Below, one piece after another: positions 9,624 to 18,313 of a stretch of 64,000 nucleotides of DNA. The notes beneath the pieces are model-generated. The model did no database searches, was not told the DNA's origin, and saw only the letters and a list, made by a program, of their open reading frames with translations. Within the stretch, counting starts at the first letter, position 1; each line of letters opens with the position of its first letter. Made by a program: the position numbers and the translations under genes. Origin of the DNA: Bacteroidota bacterium (GTDB lineage: Bacteria; Bacteroidota; Bacteroidia; Bacteroidales; FEN-979); contig JAPLDH010000078.1 of assembly GCA_026391355.1 (NCBI GenBank), positions 6,358 to 70,357 of the forward strand, given 5' to 3'.

Positions 9624-12032
9624 TTGTCAACCCTTTTTGATCTTCAGCAAGGCGAGGCCGGTATCATTGTCAAGGTGAAAGGTCGTGGTGCATTCCGGAA
9701 ACGGATCACAGAAATGGGATTTGTTAAAGGGAAAGAGGTGATTGTGATAAAATCAGCTCCCCTGGCAGATCCCATCGAGTATAAGATCATGGGGTACAAC
9801 GTTTCGCTGCGCAGAAGCGAAAGCCGGTTGATAGAAGTAATGACGAAAGAGGAGGCGCTGGATAAAGTTGAAGAGATCCTCGAACTTGAAAACTATGACG
9901 GAACACTGGTGGAAGAAACCCTTAAAATCACTGCCGGAGAGAAGGGCAAGATCATTGATATTGCACTTGTGGGTAATCCAAATTCCGGAAAAACAACCTT
10001 GTTCAATTTTGCTTCCGGATCAAGGGAACATGTGGGAAATTTCTCAGGGGTAACTGTCGATTCAAAAACCGCCGGATTCAAACAAAACGGATACTCATTC
10101 AATATCACCGATCTGCCGGGGACCTACTCCCTTACTGCCTATTCTCCCGAAGAGATATTCGTGAGGAAGCATATTCTCGCAAATTTCTCGGATATTGTAG
10201 TAAATGTGGTAGATGCTTCAAACATCGAACGGAACCTTTTCCTGACCACGCAACTGATCGACATGGATATCCGCGTGGTTATGGCGTTGAATATGTATGA
10301 TGAACTGGAGCAAAAAGGCGATCATCTTGATCACATTGCCCTGGGACAATTACTTGGAATACCGGTCATCCCAACAGTAAGTTCAAGGGGTTCGGGGATC
10401 AGGGAGCTTTTTGACAGGATCATTGAAGTTTACGAAGACCGTGATCCTGTGGTACGACATGTACATATCAATTACGGACAGGAAATTGAACGTTCGCTGA
10501 AAAAGATCCAGGATTCGATCTGGAAAGACCAGTCACTGACTGACAGGATATCTTCCCGTTATTATGGTATCAAGCTCCTTGAGAAGGACCCCGAGGTATT
10601 ATCGGAACTTTCTGCACTCCGGGCCGATGAAGTTATTTCCGTTTCCAATACGGAGATCAAACGATTGGAAAATACCTTTGAGGAAGATTCAAACACGCTT
10701 GTAACCGATGCAAAATATGGTTTTATAGCCGGCGCTCTGAAAGAGACGATGAAAGTGAATACCTCCCGAAAAACCGGAAAAACAAAAAGTGAGGCCATTG
10801 ATACTTTCCTTACCCACAAAATACTTGGGTTCCCGATCTTTATTGCCTTCCTTTGGTTGATGTTTGAATCCACTTTTGTTTTAGGGGAGTTTCCGAAACA
10901 GGGAATAGAATGGATTGTTGGAAATATCGGCCATCAGGTCAATACACTTATGCCCCCGGGTTCGCTGAGAGACCTGCTTGTGGATGGTATCATCAGCGGT
11001 ATCGGGAGCATCATTGTTTTTTTACCCAACATCCTGATCCTCTTCTTTTTTATTTCACTTATGGAAGATACAGGGTATATGGCGCGTGCAGCATTCATCA
11101 TGGATAAGCTGATGCATAAGATCGGCCTGCATGGACAGTCATTCATCCCCCTGATCATGGGATTCGGCTGTAATGTTCCGGCCATCATGACCATACGCAC
11201 CCTCAAAGACCGAAATGACCGTTTGCTGACAATGCTGATCAATCCCTTTATGTCGTGCAGCGCAAGGTTGCCTGTTTATCTGCTTATCACCGGGGCTTTG
11301 TTCCCGAAATATGCAGGCACGGTTATTTTTTGTCTTTACCTCACTGGGATCTTGCTTGCTATTATCATCTCAATTATATTCAAGAAAATTCTGTTCAAAA
11401 GCAAAGAAGCTCCTTTCGTGATGGAACTCCCGCCTTACCGGATGCCAACAGTAAAAGTAATTTTCAGGCATAGTTGGGACAAAGGTCAACATTACCTGAG
11501 CAAAATGGGTGGTGTGATCCTGATTGCCGTGATCCTTATCTGGGCGCTTGAATATTTCCCAAGGGGAGAAAAATCCACAACACCCGAACAGCAGCTCACA
11601 AACTCCTATATTGGAAAGATTGGCCGGACTATTGAACCGGTTATCCGTCCATTGGGATTTGATTGGCGAATGGGAGTCAGCCTCATAACAGGAGCGGCCG
11701 CAAAAGAGGTAGCAGTAAGCACAATGGGGGTGTTGTTTAGCTCGGGTGAATACCATGAAACAGTAGCAAAACCAAATCTTGCCACTGTTTTACAAACTGA
11801 AACATACCATACCGGACCTAAAGTCGGCCAAAAGGTCTTTTCACCGATTGCAGGAATCTCTTACTTGCTTTTTATCCTGATCTATATGCCCTGTATTGCC
11901 GTCATTGCCACGGTAAGGAAAGAATCAGCAAGCTGGAAGTGGACCACGTTCCTGATTGTTTATACCACCTCCCTCGCCTGGCTTCTCTCCTTTGCTATTT
12001 ACCAGGTCGGTAGTCTGTTTCTATACTATTAA
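9624..12032 (+). CDS. feoB: Fused FeoA-FeoB ferrous iron transporter
   Basis: N-terminal FeoA SH3-like segment (LQQGEAGIIVKVKG..IEYKIMGYNVSLR). G-domain GNPNSGKTTLFN, DLPGTYS. Multi-pass permease with gate motifs. Apparent TTG start. Confidence 0.9.
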   Translation: MSTLFDLQQGEAGIIVKVKGRGAFRKRITEMGFVKGKEVIVIKSAPLADPIEYKIMGYNVSLRRSESRLIEVMTKEEALDKVEEILELENYDGTLVEETLKITAGEKGKIIDIALVGNPNSGKTTLFNFASGSREHVGNFSGVTVDSKTAGFKQNGYSFNITDLPGTYSLTAYSPEEIFVRKHILANFSDIVVNVVDASNIERNLFLTTQLIDMDIRVVMALNMYDELEQKGDHLDHIALGQLLGIPVIPTVSSRGSGIRELFDRIIEVYEDRDPVVRHVHINYGQEIERSLKKIQDSIWKDQSLTDRISSRYYGIKLLEKDPEVLSELSALRADEVISVSNTEIKRLENTFEEDSNTLVTDAKYGFIAGALKETMKVNTSRKTGKTKSEAIDTFLTHKILGFPIFIAFLWLMFESTFVLGEFPKQGIEWIVGNIGHQVNTLMPPGSLRDLLVDGIISGIGSIIVFLPNILILFFFISLMEDTGYMARAAFIMDKLMHKIGLHGQSFIPLIMGFGCNVPAIMTIRTLKDRNDRLLTMLINPFMSCSARLPVYLLITGALFPKYAGTVIFCLYLTGILLAIIISIIFKKILFKSKEAPFVMELPPYRMPTVKVIFRHSWDKGQHYLSKMGGVILIAVILIWALEYFPRGEKSTTPEQQLTNSYIGKIGRTIEPVIRPLGFDWRMGVSLITGAAAKEVAVSTMGVLFSSGEYHETVAKPNLATVLQTETYHTGPKVGQKVFSPIAGISYLLFILIYMPCIAVIATVRKESASWKWTTFLIVYTTSLAWLLSFAIYQVGSLFLYY

Positions 12033-12066
12033 TTCGTAATTTCTAATCTTTAATTTCTATTTGATT

Positions 12067-12255
12067 ATGTTTCAGCTTATTCTAACCATCTTCATCATTT
12101 TGACTGCCATTGGGTTAACCATCTGGAAGGCCATCCGGTATTTCAGGAATCCTAATAGAGAATGTGAGGATTGTGCCTTGGGTTGTAATGGTTGTTCACT
12201 GGAAGAGTTGAAGAAAGAAATTGAACAGAAAAAACACCTACCCAAAAGCGCCTGA
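12067..12255 (+). CDS. FeoB-associated Cys-rich small membrane protein
   Basis: One TM helix followed by CEDCALGCNGCS, immediately downstream of feoB. Confidence 0.65.
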   Translation: MFQLILTIFIILTAIGLTIWKAIRYFRNPNRECEDCALGCNGCSLEELKKEIEQKKHLPKSA

Positions 12256-12296
12256 TTATCTTGAGGATGGTTTCGCATTGCTGTAAAAAAATTAAT

Positions 12297-12304
12297 TATC
12301 TTTG
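12297..12304 (+). promoter_or_regulatory. Bacteroidota -7 box upstream of the C40 peptidase gene
   Basis: TATCTTTG lies 21 nt upstream of ATG 12325. Confidence 0.35.
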
Positions 12305-12324
12305 AAACCATCAAAAACAACAGC

Positions 12325-13134
12325 ATGGAATTCGGTATCTGTCTTCAAAGTGTTATTCCTGTAAGGGCTGTGCCCTCTCATAAAAGTGAAATGGTGACCC
12401 AGCTTCTGTTCGGGGAGCATTACAGGATCCTCCGGAAAGAGCAGGATTGGCTGCGTATTCAACTGGCATATGATAACTATGAAGGTTGGATGCATGCCAA
12501 TCAGTCCACTCCTTTAGGAGAAAGCGAGTTTCTGCATCTTTTTAATATAGAGTCTTCCGTGACAATCGACCTTGTTCAACTGCTTTCCAATGAAACAAAG
12601 AGATATGTTCTTCCGGTTATGATGGGCAGTTCACTCCCCGGATTGGACGGACATAATTTCACCATCGGAAATGAGACATTCAACTATGACGGTCTCTTAG
12701 CAGATTCCCTCGACATTGAGAAAGCGATCACTCCCCGTGAACGTGTAAAAGCAAAGCAAACCCTGGTCGACGACGCCCTCCTTTACCTCAATGCTCCTTA
12801 CCTCTGGGGTGGACGGACACCCTTCGGTATTGATTGTTCAGGTTTCGTTCAGATGGTATATAAACTGAAGAAGATTAAGCTTTTGCGGGATGCTTCCCAA
12901 CAGGCAGCACAAGGTGAATCCTTAAATTTTGTGTCGGAAACTGAACCTGGTGACCTGGCATTTTTCGATGACGAAGAAGGCAATATTATCCATGTCGGAA
13001 TCCTGCTGGATCAGAACAGGATCATCCATGCTTCGGGAAAAGTCAGGATCGACCTGATTGATCATGAAGGGATCTACAATGAGAAGAAAGAACGCTACAC
13101 CCACAAACTGAGACTACTGAAAAGGATCATCTGA
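12325..13134 (+). CDS. NlpC/P60 (C40) cell-wall peptidase with N-terminal SH3-like region
   Basis: Catalytic Cys context YLWGGRTPFGIDCSGFVQMVY and His context GNIIHVGILL..IIHAS. Confidence 0.85.
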   Translation: MEFGICLQSVIPVRAVPSHKSEMVTQLLFGEHYRILRKEQDWLRIQLAYDNYEGWMHANQSTPLGESEFLHLFNIESSVTIDLVQLLSNETKRYVLPVMMGSSLPGLDGHNFTIGNETFNYDGLLADSLDIEKAITPRERVKAKQTLVDDALLYLNAPYLWGGRTPFGIDCSGFVQMVYKLKKIKLLRDASQQAAQGESLNFVSETEPGDLAFFDDEEGNIIHVGILLDQNRIIHASGKVRIDLIDHEGIYNEKKERYTHKLRLLKRII

Positions 13135-13141
13135 TCTGACA

Positions 13142-13204
13142 AGACCTTCCAGGTTTATTTGGCTGGAAGATAGAACGTCTTTATTATTAAAACCTGGAAG
13201 GTCT
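13142..13204. repeat. REP doublet (AGACCTTCCAGGTTT / AAACCTGGAAGGTCT) forming a hairpin between convergent genes; probable bidirectional terminator
   Basis: 15-nt core at 13142-13156 and its exact reverse complement at 13190-13204, followed by a T-run. The same core flanks the RAYT gene at 29 kb. Confidence 0.8.
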
Positions 13205-13211
13205 TTTTTGA

Positions 13212-13880
13212 CTATTTTCCCTTCTTCTCCTTGGTTTTTGCATAGAGAGGTTCATTGAACACATATGTAAACCGGAATGTAAGTACATTATTATACTGCT
13301 TCCTGTCCCAAGTTTTATAAGTATTATTGTATTCCCTGACACGGATGTTAACCATTGAATAAGCATACCTGAAATTAAACCATAACCTTTGCCAAAGGCG
13401 GACCTTTACATCGGCCAGCACATCAATATCATTCTTCTTATAAGGTCCCTGCAGGGTGGTTTGTGTTCTGGCTCCATGCTCCCATTCCTTGACATCAACC
13501 AGTTGTCCATAGGAAAATCCTACTCCTGCAGCCACTACATTTTTATCTACAAAATGTACCAGAACAGGGACAGTTGCATAATCAAGATTAAGCCTGTAAT
13601 AAGGCCTGGGAAGAGTATCAATATCGGGATACTTATCATAGCTCCCTACCCGTGAATATAGAAGTTCAAGTGTTATCGTCCACTTTTTATTTCTGGTAAA
13701 GGGAAGTATGACTGAGGGTCCGATATTAAAACCCACATGACGATACCCGTAAACCTCATCACCATCCACCTGGGTCAGGTTCATCCCTGCTGATAATGCT
13801 CCGTAGATCCGTTGGGAGTAAACCTGGTTCGTGAGAAAAAATCCAGACAATAGCAGGAAAAAAGTAAAGAGTTTTTTCAT
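13212..13880 (-). CDS. Small outer-membrane beta-barrel protein (PorT/OmpA-like porin family)
   Basis: Signal peptide MKKLFTFFLLLSGFFLTNQVYSQ. Alternating amphipathic beta strands. Aromatic C-terminal barrel strand LTFRFTYVF. Confidence 0.6.
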   Translation of the reverse strand: MKKLFTFFLLLSGFFLTNQVYSQRIYGALSAGMNLTQVDGDEVYGYRHVGFNIGPSVILPFTRNKKWTITLELLYSRVGSYDKYPDIDTLPRPYYRLNLDYATVPVLVHFVDKNVVAAGVGFSYGQLVDVKEWEHGARTQTTLQGPYKKNDIDVLADVKVRLWQRLWFNFRYAYSMVNIRVREYNNTYKTWDRKQYNNVLTFRFTYVFNEPLYAKTKEKKGK

Positions 13881-13900
13881 TAACTAAATTGATTTAATGT

Positions 13901-13950
13901 ACCCACCCCGTTCCCCCTCCCTAAATTAGGGAGGGGACTAAGGGGTGGGT
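13901..13950. repeat. GC-rich palindrome ACCCACCCC..TCCCTAAATTAGGGA..GGGGTGGGT
   Basis: Inverted repeat read directly, lying between the OMP start and the tex stop. Near-identical copy at 35471-35517. Confidence 0.75.
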
Positions 13951-13960
13951 ATTTTAACGT

Positions 13961-16111
13961 TTATTCCGCTTTAATATTTTGGCCTTTCATCGTTAACTGG
14001 ATCCGTTTTCTCTCCATATCTATCTCCGTCACCTCCACCATCACTTTCTGGTTAAGTTTAACCACCTCATTTGGATCCCTTACAAACCTGTCGGCCAACT
14101 GGCTGATGTGAACCAGTCCGTCCTGGTGAACACCGATATCGACAAAAGCTCCGAATTTCGTGATGTTGGTAATGATCCCGGGCAGCTTCATACCAATTTT
14201 CAGGTCGTTCAGGGAATGGATATCTTTGGCAAATTCAAACATTTCGAATTTTTTCCTGGGATCCCGTCCGGGTTTGTCCAGCTCCTGCATGATATCCTGT
14301 AAGGTAGGCAGGCCAATGGTTTCCGTCACAAACTCCTTCGGGTCGATCTTCTTCCGGAGTTCGGGTTGTTCGATCAGTTCAGCAATGGAGCAATTCAACT
14401 TACCTGCCATCTTATTCACTACATGGTAACTTTCAGGATGAACAGCGCTCCTGTCCAGTGGGTTTTCACCGTCACGGATCCTCAGAAATCCTGCCGCCTG
14501 TTCAAATGCCTTGTCCCCGAAACGGGGTATTTTTGATAACTCCTTTCTCGACCTGAAAGCCCCGTGTTCATCCCGGTAGACTACAAGGTTCTTTGCCAGA
14601 ACAGGACCCAGTCCCGAGACATAGGTCAGGAGTTGTTCGCTTGCCGTGTTGACCTCCACCCCTACCGAATTGACAGCACTGACAACAGTATCTTCGAGAC
14701 TCTGTTGCAGGTCATTCTGATTGACATCATGCTGGTATTGTCCGACACCTATCGATTTCGGATCGATCTTCACCAGTTCTGCAAGCGGGTCCATCAACCT
14801 CCTGCCGATGGAAACCGCACCTCTTACCGTTACATCATAATCAGGAAATTCCTTTCTGGCAATCGCTGAAGCTGAATAGACCGATGCCCCGCTCTCATTA
14901 ACCATAATGGCAATGATCTCCTTTTCGAAAGGAATTGCCCTGATCAGCATTTCTGTTTCCCTGCCGCCGGTTCCGTTCCCGATGGCAATTGCCTCAATTT
15001 TATAAGCATTGACAAGACTTTTAATTTTATGAAGGGAATCCTTTACCTCCAGTTGAGGGGGATGGGGATAGATGGTTTCATTGTGCACCAATTTCCCCTG
15101 CTTATCAAGACATACCAGTTTGCACCCTGTACGAAACCCGGGGTCGATGGCGAGAACATTTTTCTGTCCGAGAGGCGGGGCAAGTAAAAGCTGGCGCAGG
15201 TTTTCAACGAAGACCCTTATGGCCTCCTTATCCGCCTTTTCTTTGACCAGTTGCCGCATTTCGGTTTCCATGGAAGGAAAAAGCAGGCGCTTGCAACTGT
15301 CTTTTATCGCCTTCTTCACAAGTTCAGATGAGGCATTATTACCCTTCACAAATATTGTTTCAAGGATGTTCCGGGCTTTTTCTTCATCCACCTCAACAGA
15401 CAACCTGAGCATTAACTCATTTTCGCCACGCATCATTGCGAGGATCCGATGAGAAGGCGATTTTATCAGCAATTCACTAAAGTCAAAATAATTGCGGTAA
15501 TTGGCGCCTTCAGCCTCTTTTCCCTTTGCAACTTTGGAACAAAGAAGTCCTTCACGATGGAAAAGGGAACGGATCCGTTTCCGGGTGTAGATGTGTTCAT
15601 TTACCCATTCGGCAATGATATCACAAGCGCCCTTTATAGCATCTTCTATAGTATTAACACCTTTCTCCAGGTCTACAAAGGATTGTGCTTTTTCTTCCAC
15701 ATCGTCATATTTTTGCGACAGGATGATCTTTGCAAGCCCTTCCAATCCTTTTTCCTTCGCAATGCTGGCGCGGGTCTTACGTTTTGGGCGGTAGGGAAGG
15801 TAGATGTCTTCCAACTCCGCCATCGAAGTCGCCTCCTGAATGGCCCGTTCAAGCTCCCCGGTAAGCTTTTCCTGTTCAATAAGCGACCTGATAATCGCCT
15901 CTCTGCGGGCATCAAGATCCTTCATCTGGTTCAAACGGTCGCGTATCCTCATGATCATCACCTCATCCAGGCTGCCCGTCATCTCTTTACGGTACCGCGC
16001 AATGAAAGGGATCGTGGCCCCTTCTTCCAGCAACTTTATCGTATTCCTTACAAAAGCCGAAGCGATGTTCAACTCAAGGGCAATAGCACCTGAATATTTA
16101 TCTGTCGTCAT
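13961..16111 (-). CDS. tex: Tex-like transcription accessory protein (YqgF/HhH/S1 domains)
   Basis: 716 aa. N-terminal IPFIARYRKE signature. C-terminal S1 domain GMKLPGIITNITKFGAFVDIGVHQDGLVHISQL. Confidence 0.95.
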   Translation of the reverse strand: MTTDKYSGAIALELNIASAFVRNTIKLLEEGATIPFIARYRKEMTGSLDEVMIMRIRDRLNQMKDLDARREAIIRSLIEQEKLTGELERAIQEATSMAELEDIYLPYRPKRKTRASIAKEKGLEGLAKIILSQKYDDVEEKAQSFVDLEKGVNTIEDAIKGACDIIAEWVNEHIYTRKRIRSLFHREGLLCSKVAKGKEAEGANYRNYFDFSELLIKSPSHRILAMMRGENELMLRLSVEVDEEKARNILETIFVKGNNASSELVKKAIKDSCKRLLFPSMETEMRQLVKEKADKEAIRVFVENLRQLLLAPPLGQKNVLAIDPGFRTGCKLVCLDKQGKLVHNETIYPHPPQLEVKDSLHKIKSLVNAYKIEAIAIGNGTGGRETEMLIRAIPFEKEIIAIMVNESGASVYSASAIARKEFPDYDVTVRGAVSIGRRLMDPLAELVKIDPKSIGVGQYQHDVNQNDLQQSLEDTVVSAVNSVGVEVNTASEQLLTYVSGLGPVLAKNLVVYRDEHGAFRSRKELSKIPRFGDKAFEQAAGFLRIRDGENPLDRSAVHPESYHVVNKMAGKLNCSIAELIEQPELRKKIDPKEFVTETIGLPTLQDIMQELDKPGRDPRKKFEMFEFAKDIHSLNDLKIGMKLPGIITNITKFGAFVDIGVHQDGLVHISQLADRFVRDPNEVVKLNQKVMVEVTEIDMERKRIQLTMKGQNIKAE

Positions 16112-16212
16112 TTTACTAAAATAATATTAAAGCGACATTCTGTTATATGGTCAAATACTTTTTAAGTAAAGATTAGTGACTTATGGTCTTATGAAAGGTT
16201 TTTATTGATTAC

Positions 16213-17322
16213 TTATGACAAAGAAAGATTAACTGACTGAAAATATTCCAGACTCCAACCTAATTTATTTAGCTCTGTATGTTCTCTTGCAAACCTGCCA
16301 ATAATGAGAGCAGGGTGTGTATTGAACCTGGTTGCAAAATCAATAATGGATTTTTTGGTAAGAGGTAAATTTTCAACAAGTTCAGCTTCTTGCTCATCTG
16401 TGAGAGTGAATTTAACTGCAAATTCATCTGCTTCATTTTCCTTTATCATTTCTTCTTCTGAATATTCAAGACCTTCAACAAAAATATCCCTTTTACCATG
16501 TTTTACGATATGGCCGGCTTCATGAAAAAAGGTAAACCAAAAAATATCATTCCGGTTGTAAAGGTTCGAGAGTTGTATTAGAGGATTGTCATTTATCCAC
16601 CGGGTGGAGCCATGAAGATTTGTTTTTGGCAAGCATGGTGTATGTACAACTTTTACCCCTGTTGATGAGCAAATTGATTGTAGTGATGAAAAAAAATTAA
16701 CCGGCTGCTTTGCCATAATGCTTTTTATCTCTTGCAGTGCCGACTTAAATCGTTGTAAGTCATATGTGGCAGCGCTTAATTCTTCGGATTGATGTTCGCC
16801 CTGTCTAAGCCAGGCTGAAACAGCATATGGATTCTTACCACTCGATTTGCTCATCCGGTAAGCTGATTCATATACATTTTTATGATAATAGTTGTAATAA
16901 GGCTCCTGGCCAGATACTCCAAAAAAAGAATACAAAGCAGATGCTTTGCTCAGAATATTATCTTCATAAGTTAACCACTTTAATTTTTTCATTGCAGAAA
17001 GTGGAAAATTATCTACCCAGTCTTTTGTATTTAATAGTATTTCAGCTTCTTCTAATTGGGCTAATTCCAATCGATAATTCTTTTCTCTTTCTAACCAAAA
17101 AGCGGCTTCGATACCTAACACTCTTTCTAATTGGATTGCAGTTTCAGGGGTAATAGCAGTTTTACCCTTGATGATTTCATTGATGGTCTTAATAGGTCTT
17201 CCCATTCGCAATGCCAATGAAGGTTGACTTATACCTTTCACTGAAAGTGTTTCAGCTAAAGTATCGCCGGGTGGTGAAATAATTTGCCTGGCAGTTTTAA
17301 TATCTTCTTTGGTTCTATACAT
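16213..17322 (-). CDS. HigA-type XRE HTH antitoxin domain fused to an ImmA/IrrE (M78) zinc metallopeptidase domain
   Basis: N-terminal HTH GISQPSLALRMGRPIKTINEIIKGKTAITPETAIQLERVLG. C-terminal HExxH FFHEAGHIVKH. Confidence 0.8.
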   Translation of the reverse strand: MYRTKEDIKTARQIISPPGDTLAETLSVKGISQPSLALRMGRPIKTINEIIKGKTAITPETAIQLERVLGIEAAFWLEREKNYRLELAQLEEAEILLNTKDWVDNFPLSAMKKLKWLTYEDNILSKASALYSFFGVSGQEPYYNYYHKNVYESAYRMSKSSGKNPYAVSAWLRQGEHQSEELSAATYDLQRFKSALQEIKSIMAKQPVNFFSSLQSICSSTGVKVVHTPCLPKTNLHGSTRWINDNPLIQLSNLYNRNDIFWFTFFHEAGHIVKHGKRDIFVEGLEYSEEEMIKENEADEFAVKFTLTDEQEAELVENLPLTKKSIIDFATRFNTHPALIIGRFAREHTELNKLGWSLEYFQSVNLSLS

Positions 17323-17335
17323 TGTTTTTTCTTTT

Positions 17336-17458
17336 TTAGTGGTAATCTTCGCTTTTACGCTGATTTACAAGTTTAGCGCGGGTTCCATAATTTGTCGCTA
17401 TAGCAGTTAATGAAGCCACAGTTTTTTCCAGTTTTTTGCTCTTGAAAAATAATTTCAT
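17336..17458 (-). pseudogene. 40-codon relic resembling the N-terminus of a HigB/RelE-type toxin, 13 nt upstream of the HigA-ImmA gene
   Basis: My own translation: MKLFFKSKKLEKTVASLTAIATNYGTRAKLVNQRKSEDYH*. The FKxKKLEK...YG..AK.v.qR pattern matches killer-protein N-termini, which normally continue to about 90-100 aa. Too short for the ORF track. Confidence 0.4.
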
Positions 17459-17527
17459 GCAAATATAGTTATAATTTTAAGTAAACATTAACCTTAAGGG
17501 TTAAATAGTTTGTTTTTTGTGGATATT

Positions 17528-17562
17528 CCGGAGTATTTATCTGTTGTCATCTTATTAAAATA
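17528..17562. repeat. Degenerate duplicate of the tex start codon region (direct repeat of 16089-16123)
   Basis: CCGGAGTATTTATCTGTTGTCATCTTATTAAAATA versus CCTGAATATTTATCTGTCGTCATTTTACTAAAATA, about 30 of 35 identical. The copy still encodes MTTDKYSG on the minus strand. Confidence 0.7.
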
Positions 17563-17738
17563 TGTTCATCAAATTTGTAAAATACAAGATCAATTTGAGA
17601 TGATTGAAAAATTTAACCTTTTGATAAACAAGAATATATCGTAGTAATTCCAAAATAAGTATAAAATAATTTGTAAAAACGAGGTAACTTTTATTACATT
17701 TGTACCGACATTGCTCGAGGAGTGAAGGACTTGGTTGG

Positions 17739-17765
17739 CCGCATTACCGCAAATGCGGTTTTTTT
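17739..17765 (+). terminator. Rho-independent terminator on the + strand
   Basis: 7-bp stem CCGCATT/AATGCGG, 6-nt loop, then TTTTTTT. It abuts the stop codon (17768-17770) of the minus-strand 181-aa gene. Confidence 0.6.
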
Positions 17766-17767
17766 AT

Positions 17768-18313
17768 TTATGGGCCACACCTTCCTTGATATTTTGCTTC
17801 GTAATAGCTGATATTCCGTATATCTACGCAAAAACTTGTGATAAGAAAATAATCCGGCTTCACCTCTTCCAGAATGATAATATAATTCTTTGCTTTGTAC
17901 CAGAAATACTGACGGACGGATCCATCGTCCTCTGAAAAATGAAAATGAGTTATTCGAGGATCTGAACAGTTTTGTAAAATTGGTTTAATCCAATGTATTC
18001 GATTTGCTCTATTTTCCTTAAACATGCGTTTCTTAGACATTACTTTGGTACGCCCGGAAATCTCCCGGGTTAAAAGATGAACAAATTTCTCATGATAATG
18101 AGAATAAAAATCAGGTAGACCATCTGCAATGTGATTGGAATAAAACTCCTTTTTTACTTTGATATTTTTGTGATCAATCTGGAATGGTTGATCGAAGAAA
18201 TCACGAAGATAGCAGGCATAGATTGAATCAATGATTTCCTTATCAGTTGATTGAATTGGCTCAGTGAAACGTGGTGTGAGTGAACCCAGAATGTCTAAAA
18301 CCCCAATACTCAT
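17768..18313 (-). CDS. Hypothetical 181-aa protein, translationally coupled partner of the DUF3800 gene
   Basis: ATG 18311-18313 overlaps the upstream TGA (ATGA). I recognise no family. Notable segments are HYHEKFVHLL, RANRIHWIKPIL and YFWYKAKNYIIILEEVKPDYFLITSF. Confidence 0.6.
   Translation of the reverse strand: MSIGVLDILGSLTPRFTEPIQSTDKEIIDSIYACYLRDFFDQPFQIDHKNIKVKKEFYSNHIADGLPDFYSHYHEKFVHLLTREISGRTKVMSKKRMFKENRANRIHWIKPILQNCSDPRITHFHFSEDDGSVRQYFWYKAKNYIIILEEVKPDYFLITSFCVDIRNISYYEAKYQGRCGP

Noticed and set aside
15449-16093. 214-aa + strand ORF, with similar long antisense ORFs at 3649-4023, 32959-33378, 56036-56494 and 37520-27927-type shadows
   Set aside because: Each lies entirely antisense to an ORF with unmistakable family motifs (tex, HK, dehydrogenase, Wzz, lpxD). 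Their composition is low-complexity and shadow-like, and they have no motifs of their own.
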